Positions 9,392-16,226 of a DNA stretch of 64,000 bases are shown here, piece by piece. How positions within the stretch are numbered: position 1 is the stretch's first letter; every line of letters starts with the position of its first letter. Under the pieces are notes generated by a model. It was not told the origin of the DNA. It worked only from the letters and a program-made list of their open reading frames with translations, and did not search any database. The position numbers were made by a program, and so were the translations under genes. Source of the DNA: an uncultured Lachnospiraceae bacterium (GTDB lineage Bacteria > Bacillota > Clostridia > Lachnospirales > Lachnospiraceae); the NCBI GenBank assembly GCA_910588295.1, contig CAJUQO010000009.1, forward strand, positions 8,261 through 72,260, in the 5' to 3' direction.

Positions 9392-10441
9392 GTGAAAGCA
9401 TCAAAAAAAGTGATTGGACAGTTGAGGAAATGTTATTCGGTAGCTCCCTTATGTTATCAGGGAAAAGATCATTTTCTTGTGGCGGCGGAAAAACAGGATC
9501 CCTGCTATCTGTTTGATATGGAAGGAAATAAAGAAGAGACTGTGTGGGAAGGCCCGGGCGGCGTCATGAGTATGGTACAGGTTCCCGATACGGACGGCGT
9601 TTTTCTGGCTACCAGAAAGTTTTATTCCCCTAATGACTCCAAAGAAGCAAGTATAGTCGTTGTAACGCCGGAGGGGAAGAATCGCTGGCAGGTGAAAACT
9701 CTGGTGAAATTGCCTTTCGTTCATCGGTTTGATATTCTGACCAGAAACGGAGTGCGTTATCTGATCGCCTGTACTCTGAAATCGAACCATGAATATAAAG
9801 ATGACTGGAGATTTCCGGGCAGGGTATATGCTGCGGTGCTGCCGGAGGATCTGCGGGATTTTGATGATAAAAATCAGCTAGAGCTTCAGGTAATCAAGGA
9901 GGATATGCCAAGAAATCACGGGTATTACCGAGATCTGCAGGACGGTGTGGAAACTGCTTTGATTTCCGCGGAATCGGGCATTTTCCGTTTTGCGCCGCCG
10001 ATGCGGACGGGAGGAGAATGGCAGATCGAGAAGGTGAAAGACAGCGCGGCCAGCGACGCGGTTATGGTGGATCTGGACGGTGATGGTGAAAAGGAGCTGA
10101 TCTATCTTGCGCCTTTCCACGGAAATGAGATACATATCTGCCGCAAAACGGAAAAAGGTTATGAGAGCGTCTATTGTTATGATCGCGCGGAATTTGCCCA
10201 TGCCATTTATGGCGGCGCTCTCTGTGACAGGCCGGCAGTATTGATCGGACATCGTAAGGCGGACCAAGACCTGCTGGCATTTACGTATTGCAAAGATACG
10301 GGGGGATACGTCTGTGATGTGATTGATCATGGCTGCGGCCCGGCTAATGTCTACAAATTCACTGTGGATGGCAGGGATATGGTGGTGGCGGCCAACCGTG
10401 AAACCGATGAGATTGCTATGTACACAGCGTTTTGTGAATAA
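9392..10441 (+). CDS. conserved hypothetical cytoplasmic protein, possible FG-GAP/beta-propeller-like fold
   Basis: The track ORF 9263.. overlaps ulaG. GTG at 9392 sits 8 nt after the RBS GAGGGAGG (9376-9383). No signal peptide. A DLDGDGEKELI motif resembles an FG-GAP/VCBS calcium loop. Function unknown. Confidence 0.6.
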   Translation: MKASKKVIGQLRKCYSVAPLCYQGKDHFLVAAEKQDPCYLFDMEGNKEETVWEGPGGVMSMVQVPDTDGVFLATRKFYSPNDSKEASIVVVTPEGKNRWQVKTLVKLPFVHRFDILTRNGVRYLIACTLKSNHEYKDDWRFPGRVYAAVLPEDLRDFDDKNQLELQVIKEDMPRNHGYYRDLQDGVETALISAESGIFRFAPPMRTGGEWQIEKVKDSAASDAVMVDLDGDGEKELIYLAPFHGNEIHICRKTEKGYESVYCYDRAEFAHAIYGGALCDRPAVLIGHRKADQDLLAFTYCKDTGGYVCDVIDHGCGPANVYKFTVDGRDMVVAANRETDEIAMYTAFCE

Positions 10442-10482
10442 CCTTCCCCTAACAAATTGCTGTAGAAATCTCGTGTAAATTC

Positions 10483-10511
10483 TTGACAACCACCCTTTCC
10501 CATGCTATAGT
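10483..10511 (+). promoter_or_regulatory. putative promoter of rpmG-secE-nusG
   Basis: TTGACA (10483-10488), 17 nt, TATAGT (10506-10511). It overlaps the left arm of the terminator above. Confidence 0.55.
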
Positions 10512-10543
10512 TGTATAACGACATGGGAAAGGGTCTTTTTTTT
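10493..10543 (+). terminator. rho-independent terminator of the upstream operon
   Basis: Perfect 12-bp stem CCCTTTCCCATG / CATGGGAAAGGG with a 17-nt loop, then TC plus T8. Confidence 0.7.
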
Positions 10544-10620
10544 ATGTCCAAAAATCCCTTGCTGGAAGGGGGAGGTTTCCCGGGTCGAATAACGCAAAAG
10601 AACACATGGAGGTGGAAGTC

Positions 10621-10770
10621 GTGCGCGTAAGAATCACATTGGCATGTACGGAATGTAAGCAGCGTAATTACAACATGACAAAAGAGAAAAAAAATCATCC
10701 CGAGCGGATGGAGACCAAGAAGTATTGTAGATTCTGCCGGAAACATACAATGCACAAGGAAACCAAGTAA
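10621..10770 (+). CDS. rpmG: 50S ribosomal protein L33
   Basis: Below the track cutoff (49 aa). GTG start 6 nt after GGAGGTGG. Translation [49 protein letters not shown], with the CxxC...CxxC zinc ribbon of L33. Confidence 0.9.
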   Translation: MRVRITLACTECKQRNYNMTKEKKNHPERMETKKYCRFCRKHTMHKETK

Positions 10771-10793
10771 TCTGGCTGGTGAGAGGTGAAAGA

Positions 10794-10997
10794 ATGGCTG
10801 ATTCTGCAAAAAAGGGAAAAGAAAAGAAAAGCTGGTTTAGCGGCCTGAAAACCGAGTTCGGCAAGATCGTCTGGGCTGATAACAAAACCCTGGCGAGGGA
10901 AACCACGGCGGTGGTGGCCGTTATGGCCGTTATGGGCATCCTGATTTCACTGATCGACAGCGTCGTATTGCAGCTCGTAAATCTTCTGATTAAATAA
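10794..10997 (+). CDS. secE: preprotein translocase subunit SecE
   Basis: MADSAKKGKEKKSWFSGLKTEFGKIVWADNKTLARETTAVVAVMAVMGILISLIDSVV.. has a basic N-terminus, a KV.WP-like motif and a single TM. Canonical position between rpmG and nusG. Start trimmed to ATG 10794. Confidence 0.85.
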   Translation: MADSAKKGKEKKSWFSGLKTEFGKIVWADNKTLARETTAVVAVMAVMGILISLIDSVVLQLVNLLIK

Positions 10998-11013
10998 GGA
11001 CAAGGGTAGATAA

Positions 11014-11538
11014 ATGTCAGAAGCAAATTGGTATGTAGTCCACACCTATTCGGGCTACGAAAAGAAAGTGAAAGCCAACATTGAAAAGACAATAGAAAAC
11101 CGGCATCTGGAGGATCAGATTCTGGAAGTCCGTGTTCCGATGGAGGAGGTTGTAGAGCTTCGTAATGGTGCCGCGAGACAGGTGGAGAGAAAGTTGTTTC
11201 CCGGGTATGTCCTGCTGAACATGATCATGAATGACGATACCTGGTATGTCGTCCGGAATACCCGCGGCGTCACAGGCTTCGTGGGGCCGGGATCCAAGCC
11301 GGTGCCGCTGACGGAGGCGGAGATGCTTCCTCTGGGTATCAAGAGCGAGGACAGCAAGCGGGTTGAGATTGACTTTGCGGAGGGGGATGCCGTGGTTGTG
11401 ACCGGCGGCGCATGGAAGGATACGACCAGCGTGGTGAGCAGCATCAACAGGGCAAAACAGACCGTAACCATCAGCGTGGAGCTGTTTGGCCGCGAGACAC
11501 CGGTGGAGATCAGTTTCGCGGAAGTTAAAAAAGTGTAA
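11014..11538 (+). CDS. nusG: transcription termination/antitermination factor NusG
   Basis: 174 aa. WYVVHTYSGYEKKVK NGN domain, FPGYVLL, and a C-terminal KOW domain (GDAVVVTGGAWKD). Confidence 0.95.
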   Translation: MSEANWYVVHTYSGYEKKVKANIEKTIENRHLEDQILEVRVPMEEVVELRNGAARQVERKLFPGYVLLNMIMNDDTWYVVRNTRGVTGFVGPGSKPVPLTEAEMLPLGIKSEDSKRVEIDFAEGDAVVVTGGAWKDTTSVVSSINRAKQTVTISVELFGRETPVEISFAEVKKV

Positions 11539-11588
11539 GCTAACTGTGAAGGTACAAAGCAGTTACAGTTTGAACGGCCATGGCCGTT

Positions 11589-11617
11589 CGTGGGAGGGAA
11601 ATTCCCGCAATGACCAC
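11589..11617 (+). promoter_or_regulatory. candidate L1-binding translational operator (copy 1, upstream of rplK)
   Basis: CGTGGGAGGGAAATTCCCGCAATGACCAC lies 5 nt upstream of the rplK SD. It is 27/29 identical to a second copy before rplA. It can fold as GTGG..CCAC enclosing GGGA-AAT-TCCC. Confidence 0.45.
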
Positions 11618-11636
11618 ATTATAGGAGGTGCCAAAG

Positions 11637-12062
11637 ATGGCAAAGAAAGTTACAGGTTATATTAAATTACAGATCCCGGCTGGCAAGGCAACGCCAGCGC
11701 CCCCGGTTGGTCCCGCACTGGGCCAGCACGGTGTGAATATCGTACAGTTTACAAAGGAATTCAACGCCAGGACAGCGGATAAGGGCGACCTGATTATTCC
11801 GGTTATCATCACTGTCTATGCGGACAGAAGTTTCAGCTTTGTAACCAAGACTCCTCCGGCAGCCGTTTTGCTAAAGAAAGCCTGCAATATTAAATCCGGT
11901 TCAGGCGTTCCGAACAAGACCAAGGTGGCCAGCGTCTCCAAGGCAAAGATCCAGGAGATTGCCGAGATGAAGATGCCCGACCTGAATGCGGCTTCCCTGG
12001 AAGCGGCTATGAGTATGATCGCCGGAACAGCCAGAAGCATGGGTATCACGGTTGAGGAGTAG
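11637..12062 (+). CDS. rplK: 50S ribosomal protein L11
   Basis: [35 protein letters not shown].. is a canonical L11. ATG 11637 follows AGGAGG (11623-11628). Confidence 0.95.
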   Translation: MAKKVTGYIKLQIPAGKATPAPPVGPALGQHGVNIVQFTKEFNARTADKGDLIIPVIITVYADRSFSFVTKTPPAAVLLKKACNIKSGSGVPNKTKVASVSKAKIQEIAEMKMPDLNAASLEAAMSMIAGTARSMGITVEE

Positions 12063-12081
12063 CAGAATAGATCAGATAGAA

Positions 12082-12110
12082 CGTGGGAGGGAGATTCCCG
12101 CAATTACCAC
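12082..12110 (+). promoter_or_regulatory. candidate L1-binding translational operator (copy 2, upstream of rplA)
   Basis: CGTGGGAGGGAGATTCCCGCAATTACCAC lies immediately 5' of the rplA SD (AGGAGG 12112-12117). Both differences from copy 1 fall in predicted unpaired positions. Confidence 0.45.
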
Positions 12111-12124
12111 TAGGAGGTTAGAAA

Positions 12125-12817
12125 ATGAAACGAGGAAAAAAATACGTTGAGGCTGCAAAGGCCGTAGAACGCACAACATTATATGATCCGGCAGACGCCA
12201 TTGCACTGGTAAAGAAGACCGCCGTGGCAAAATTTGACGAGACCGTTGAGGCCCATATCCGTACAGGCTGTGACGGCCGTCATGCCGATCAGCAGATCCG
12301 CGGCGCCGTAGTGCTGCCCCACGGTACAGGCAAGACTGTCCGTGTGCTGGTATTTGCCAAAAACGAAAAGGCCGATGAGGCCCAGGCCGCAGGCGCTGAC
12401 TTCGTAGGGGCTGAGGAATTGGTTCCAAAGATCCAGAAGGAAGGCTGGTTGGATTTTGATGTGGTTGTGGCCACACCGGATATGATGGGCGTTGTGGGCC
12501 GCCTGGGCCGCGTACTGGGACCGAAGGGCCTGATGCCCAACCCGAAGGCCGGTACAGTGACCATGGATGTTACGAAAGCCATCAACGAGATTAAAGCCGG
12601 TAAGATTGAATACCGTCTTGACAAGACCAATATTATTCACGTGCCGATCGGAAAAGCTTCTTTCTCGGAGGAAGACCTGGCCGACAACTTCCAGACTCTT
12701 ATGGATGCCATCATCAAGGCAAAACCGTCCGCTGTAAAGGGTACCTATCTGAAGAGCGTAGTCATCACTTCTACTATGGGCCCGGGCGTGAAGGTGAACC
12801 CGATGAAATTCGTGTAA
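12125..12817 (+). CDS. rplA: 50S ribosomal protein L1
   Basis: 230 aa. MKRGKKY..EAAK.., ..[24 protein letters not shown].. is a canonical L1. Confidence 0.95.
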   Translation: MKRGKKYVEAAKAVERTTLYDPADAIALVKKTAVAKFDETVEAHIRTGCDGRHADQQIRGAVVLPHGTGKTVRVLVFAKNEKADEAQAAGADFVGAEELVPKIQKEGWLDFDVVVATPDMMGVVGRLGRVLGPKGLMPNPKAGTVTMDVTKAINEIKAGKIEYRLDKTNIIHVPIGKASFSEEDLADNFQTLMDAIIKAKPSAVKGTYLKSVVITSTMGPGVKVNPMKFV

Positions 12818-12842
12818 ACGCGAAACATGTGTCCTATATACG

Positions 12843-12874
12843 GACTGCCATGTATCCCATGGCAGTCTTTTTTT
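12843..12874 (+). terminator. rho-independent terminator after rplA
   Basis: GACTGCCATG-tatcc-CATGGCAGTC (10-bp stem) followed by T7. It abuts the stop codon of the convergent XRE gene. Confidence 0.75.
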
Positions 12875-13109
12875 ATGCATTTTTGTCACCGGGAACAAAT
12901 TCCAGCAGATCCTCGATCCGGCAGTTTAACGCGGTGCACAGCCGGGCCAGGACGGCAGTATCCAGACGGGTAACTTCGTTCTTGCAGTACTGATTTATCT
13001 GGGTGCGCTGCATTTCCGCACGGTGGGAGAGCTTGTTTTTGCTGATGTGGTTGGCAGCAATAAGGCTGGCAAGCTTGATCTGGATGCGGCCATAATATTG
13101 TTCTTCCAT
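12873..13109 (-). CDS. XRE-family helix-turn-helix transcriptional regulator
   Basis: MEEQYYGRIQIKLASLIAANHISKNKLSHRAEMQRTQINQYCKNEVTRLDTAVLARLCTALNCRIEDLLEFVPGD is a Cro/C1-type HTH. Start trimmed to the ATG (complement of 13107-13109), which is preceded by AAGGAGAAAAGGGA. Confidence 0.8.
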   Translation of the reverse strand: MEEQYYGRIQIKLASLIAANHISKNKLSHRAEMQRTQINQYCKNEVTRLDTAVLARLCTALNCRIEDLLEFVPGDKNA

Positions 13110-13154
13110 TCCCTTTTCTCCTTTGTGGTTTGCAAACACTATGTGATCTTATAG

Positions 13155-13185
13155 TTGACAAACCTAGTGTATTAAATATAATACA
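13155..13185 (+). promoter_or_regulatory. putative promoter with overlapping palindromic operator
   Basis: TTGACA (13155-13160), 16 nt, TATAAT (13177-13182). The inverted repeat TGTATTA-aata-TAATACA (13168-13185) covers the -10 box. Confidence 0.45.
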
Positions 13186-13241
13186 TTAATATAAGCTCCA
13201 GAAAGTCTTGTCAGACTTCTTGTACATAAGGGAGGGAAAAG

Positions 13242-13421
13242 ATGTATAATAGATATAAAATGGGTTTTTCAAACCCCATAACGACCCAGGAAGAATTTAA
13301 TGAGCGGGTGAACGGTTTTATGGACAGGGGGGAGGAGGAGGCCCTTTTGGCCCTGTTGGAACAGTACCCGGATTTTATGGTACGGTATGCCGTGGAGCTG
13401 GAGAAGGAGCTGGGACTGTAG
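13242..13421 (+). CDS. small hypothetical protein (59 aa, below the track cutoff)
   Basis: ATG 13242 lies 5 nt after AAGGGAGGG. Translation MYNRYKMGFSNPITTQEEFNERVNGFMDRGEEEALLALLEQYPDFMVRYAVELEKELGL, ending in TAG at 13419-13421. Divergent from the XRE gene and downstream of the promoter above. Confidence 0.4.
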   Translation: MYNRYKMGFSNPITTQEEFNERVNGFMDRGEEEALLALLEQYPDFMVRYAVELEKELGL

Positions 13422-13511
13422 CGGAAAAGGGCCTTATGATTTTTTCACATTTCCATACTTTTCTTTTGCGGGGAGCAGGAGTATACTAGACATCGTGAGG
13501 AGGTATAGGAA

Positions 13512-14621
13512 ATGAATAAAATATTATGCAGGGTTCTGCTGGCCGTCATGATGGTGTGCAGCGTAGGGTCGGTGTCTGCACGGGCGGCAGAGGCTTCTCA
13601 GAGTGAGAAAGTTGCCGACGGCGGGACGACAGAGGTTTTAAACGGCCTGGTGAAAAAGGACGGTGAAACCTATTATTACGTGGACGGTGTCAGGCAGACC
13701 GGCTGCTGGTACAAAAAAGGCAGCGCATCCTACTATTTTAAGTCAAATGGCCGTATGGCGGTCGGTATGACAAAGATCAAGGGTAAGTATTATTACTTTA
13801 AGTCCAACGGCCGGATGGTTACCGGCATGAAGAAGATTGACGGTAAATACTATTATTTTAAATCTAATGGACAGAGGAAGACGGGATGGCTTCATACCGA
13901 TAACGGCAAGAGCTACTATTTTGATAAAAAGACCGGTGTCCGCCTGACGGGAAAACATACGATTTCCCACTATATCCGCTATTTCGATAAAAAAGGCGTG
14001 CTGTACCGCACCATAGATAAAAAGAAAAAGATGGTGGCCCTGACGTATGATGACGGGCCGTCCAGGGATACGCCGACGATTCTCAAGGTGTTGAAAGCCA
14101 ACAACAGCGTGGCTACGTTTTTTGTGGTGGGCAACCGTGTATCTTCCTATAAAACTACCGTTAAAAAGGCTTATGAACAGGGGTGCGAGATCGCTAATCA
14201 TACATATAGCCATCAGATCCTGACCCGTCTGGGCGCATCGGCCATCAAGAGCCAGATATCCAAAACGAACCGGATCGTAAAAAAGATCACCGGCCAGTCG
14301 CCCAAATTGCTCCGGACGCCCGGGGGCGCCACCAGCAGCAGCGTAAAGCGCGCAGCCGGAATGCCGGTAATTCTCTGGTCTGTTGATACGCTGGACTGGA
14401 AGACCAGGAGCGCGTCAAAGACGGTCAGCGCGGTATTGAACCATGTGAAGGACGGCGATGTTGTCCTGATGCATGACCTGCATCACTGCACGGCGGTGGC
14501 CTCCAAGACGATCATCCCCAGGCTGGTCAAAAAAGGCTATCAGCTTGTCACGGTCAGCGAGCTGGCCGAGTGCAGGGGCGGCGTGAAAAAGGGAAAGGTC
14601 TATTACAATTTTCGGAAATAA
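13512..14621 (+). CDS. secreted polysaccharide deacetylase (CE4/NodB) with N-terminal cell-wall-binding repeats
   Basis: Signal peptide MNKILCRVLLAVMMVCSVGSVSARA. Four to five 20-aa YYF(K/D)xNG..tG repeats. NodB motifs TYDDGP, HTYSH and LMHD. Confidence 0.85.
   Translation: MNKILCRVLLAVMMVCSVGSVSARAAEASQSEKVADGGTTEVLNGLVKKDGETYYYVDGVRQTGCWYKKGSASYYFKSNGRMAVGMTKIKGKYYYFKSNGRMVTGMKKIDGKYYYFKSNGQRKTGWLHTDNGKSYYFDKKTGVRLTGKHTISHYIRYFDKKGVLYRTIDKKKKMVALTYDDGPSRDTPTILKVLKANNSVATFFVVGNRVSSYKTTVKKAYEQGCEIANHTYSHQILTRLGASAIKSQISKTNRIVKKITGQSPKLLRTPGGATSSSVKRAAGMPVILWSVDTLDWKTRSASKTVSAVLNHVKDGDVVLMHDLHHCTAVASKTIIPRLVKKGYQLVTVSELAECRGGVKKGKVYYNFRK
13662..13952 (+). repeat. 60-bp-period tandem coding repeats (cell-wall/choline-binding-type 20-aa repeats)
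   Basis: GETYYYVDGVRQTGCW / ASYYFKSNGRMAVGMTKIKG / KYYYFKSNGRMVTGMKKIDG / KYYYFKSNGQRKTGWLHTDNG / KSYYFDKKTGVRLTG. Confidence 0.7.
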
Positions 14622-14636
14622 AATAGCACAAAAGGC

Positions 14637-14665
14637 TTGACAGAAATAATTAAGGATGCTATAGT
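14637..14665 (+). promoter_or_regulatory. putative rplJL promoter
   Basis: TTGACA (14637-14642), 17 nt, TATAGT (14660-14665). Confidence 0.6.
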
Positions 14666-14838
14666 ACCAAAGATATCTGCCGAAGACAGCAGGTGCCGTA
14701 AGGCATAAGGATAAAACGCCTGCCGAGGAGTACAATTCTGATCGGGAATTTGTGGGTCTTTCTGCGTGCAGAGAGACCCTTTTTAGACTTCAAAAACCGG
14801 CGGTACACATCAAAATCTATAAGGAGGTGCACCAATTC
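14666..14838 (+). promoter_or_regulatory. L10 (rplJ) leader with transcription attenuator
   Basis: About 170-nt 5' UTR. It contains the hairpin GGGTCTTTCTGCGTGCAGAGAGACCC (14754-14779) followed by T5 (14780-14784), 55 nt before the rplJ ATG. This layout matches the Firmicute L10-leader attenuation mechanism. Confidence 0.6.
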
Positions 14839-15318
14839 ATGGCAAAAGTTGAACTGAAAAAACCTGTAGTTGACGAAATTGCGCAGAGCATTGACGGGGC
14901 GGCTTCGGTAATTCTTGTGAATTACTCCGGTCTGACAGTCGAGCAGGATACTCAGCTTCGTAAGGAAATGAGGGAAGCCGGAGTCGTGTATAAAGTATAT
15001 AAAAACACGATGATGAACCTGGCGTTCAAGGATACTCCCTGCGAGGCTCTTTGTAAGGATCTGGAGGGGACAAACGCTCTGGCCATCGGCAAGGATGACG
15101 CCACGGCTCCCGCCCGTATCATTGCAAAGGTGGCCAAGACAGCCCCGGCAGTCGAGTTCGTATCCGGCGTTGTGGAAGGCAATTATTTTGACAAAGCCGG
15201 CGTGACGGCCCTGTCCGCGGTTCCGTCCAGAGAAGAGCTGCTCGGAAAACTGCTTGGCAGCATCCAGTCGCCCATCGCCAACTTCGCAAGAGTCATCAGC
15301 CAGGTGGCAGAGGCATGA
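14839..15318 (+). CDS. rplJ: 50S ribosomal protein L10
   Basis: MAKVELKKPVVDEIAQSIDGAASVILVNYSGLTVEQDTQLRKEMREAGV.. Start trimmed to ATG 14839, which follows AAGGAGGTG. Confidence 0.95.
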   Translation: MAKVELKKPVVDEIAQSIDGAASVILVNYSGLTVEQDTQLRKEMREAGVVYKVYKNTMMNLAFKDTPCEALCKDLEGTNALAIGKDDATAPARIIAKVAKTAPAVEFVSGVVEGNYFDKAGVTALSAVPSREELLGKLLGSIQSPIANFARVISQVAEA

Positions 15319-15489
15319 GTTTCTTAGTGAAGCCAAGCTGCTAGGCGTAGGCTGAGCTTAGAAACTCAGCCGTTCTGCTGAGCAAAGCGAAGCAGAACAT
15401 CCTTGCAAAAATTCTCAGCCCGTCCAAGTATCAGGCTGAGCCCAGAACATCACTGTATAAATCAAAATAATAATCGGAGGTAAATAATA

Positions 15490-15861
15490 ATGGCAAAATT
15501 AACAACAGCTGAGTTTATTGAAGCGATCAAAGAGCTGACCGTACTGGAACTGAATGATCTCGTAAAAGCCTGTGAGGAAGAGTTTGGCGTATCCGCAGCC
15601 GCCGGCGTGGTGGTGGCGGCAGCCGGCCCGGCAGAGGCAGCCGAGGAGAAAGATGAGTTTGATGTTGAGCTGACAGAGGTTGGCCCGAACAAGGTTAAAG
15701 TTATCAAGGTTGTGCGTGAAGCTACCGGCCTGGGCCTGAAAGAAGCCAAGGCAGTGGTTGACGAGGCTCCCAAGAACGTAAAAGAGGGCGTTTCCAAGGC
15801 AGAGGCCGAGGAACTCAAGACCAAGCTGGAGGCCGAGGGAGCGAAAGTTACCCTCAAGTAA
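15490..15861 (+). CDS. rplL: 50S ribosomal protein L7/L12
   Basis: 123 aa. ..[21 protein letters not shown].. then an Ala-rich hinge and ..[17 protein letters not shown]...P..VKEGVSK.EAEE.K..LE..GA.V.LK. Confidence 0.95.
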   Translation: MAKLTTAEFIEAIKELTVLELNDLVKACEEEFGVSAAAGVVVAAAGPAEAAEEKDEFDVELTEVGPNKVKVIKVVREATGLGLKEAKAVVDEAPKNVKEGVSKAEAEELKTKLEAEGAKVTLK

Positions 15862-15885
15862 TCAGAATGCAGAGACATCCGTGGA

Positions 15886-15923
15886 GAACCGGAACTGCCA
15901 GAGGGCAGATTCCGGTTCTTTTT
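15886..15923 (+). terminator. rho-independent terminator after rplL
   Basis: GAACCGGAA-CTGCC-agag-GGCAG-a-TTCCGGTTC followed by T5. Confidence 0.75.
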
Positions 15924-16083
15924 ACCCTGTTGTGTGGCGGCTGCGGAAAACATGGACAGACTGTTGGTGTTTTCGACAGCCCATGCAGAAAAACGACGAT
16001 TTGTCAAGCGGCAGATAACGAAATTCTGCACGATATTCCTATTCAAAAACTGTGCAATCGCACAAAAAAACCCATTTTTTTTG

Positions 16084-16112
16084 TTGACAACCCTTGAAAA
16101 CTATGATACAGT
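16084..16112 (+). promoter_or_regulatory. putative rpoBC promoter
   Basis: TTGACA (16084-16089), 17 nt, TACAGT (16107-16112) with an upstream TG (extended -10). Confidence 0.45.
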
Positions 16113-16226
16113 AAAAAATGCACTATTATGGCATGATATGCCTGTTTTTTCCAGCTTTGGGGGCTGCAAAAAGGAGGCATGTAAAAGGCAGTAATAAATT
16201 TAGCAGATACAAGGGGTGAAACGTCA

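Noticed and set aside
15934-16194. 86-aa ORF in the rplL-rpoB spacer
   Set aside because: It overlaps the predicted rpoB promoter, has no RBS and has an odd composition. The spacer is better explained as terminator plus promoter/leader.
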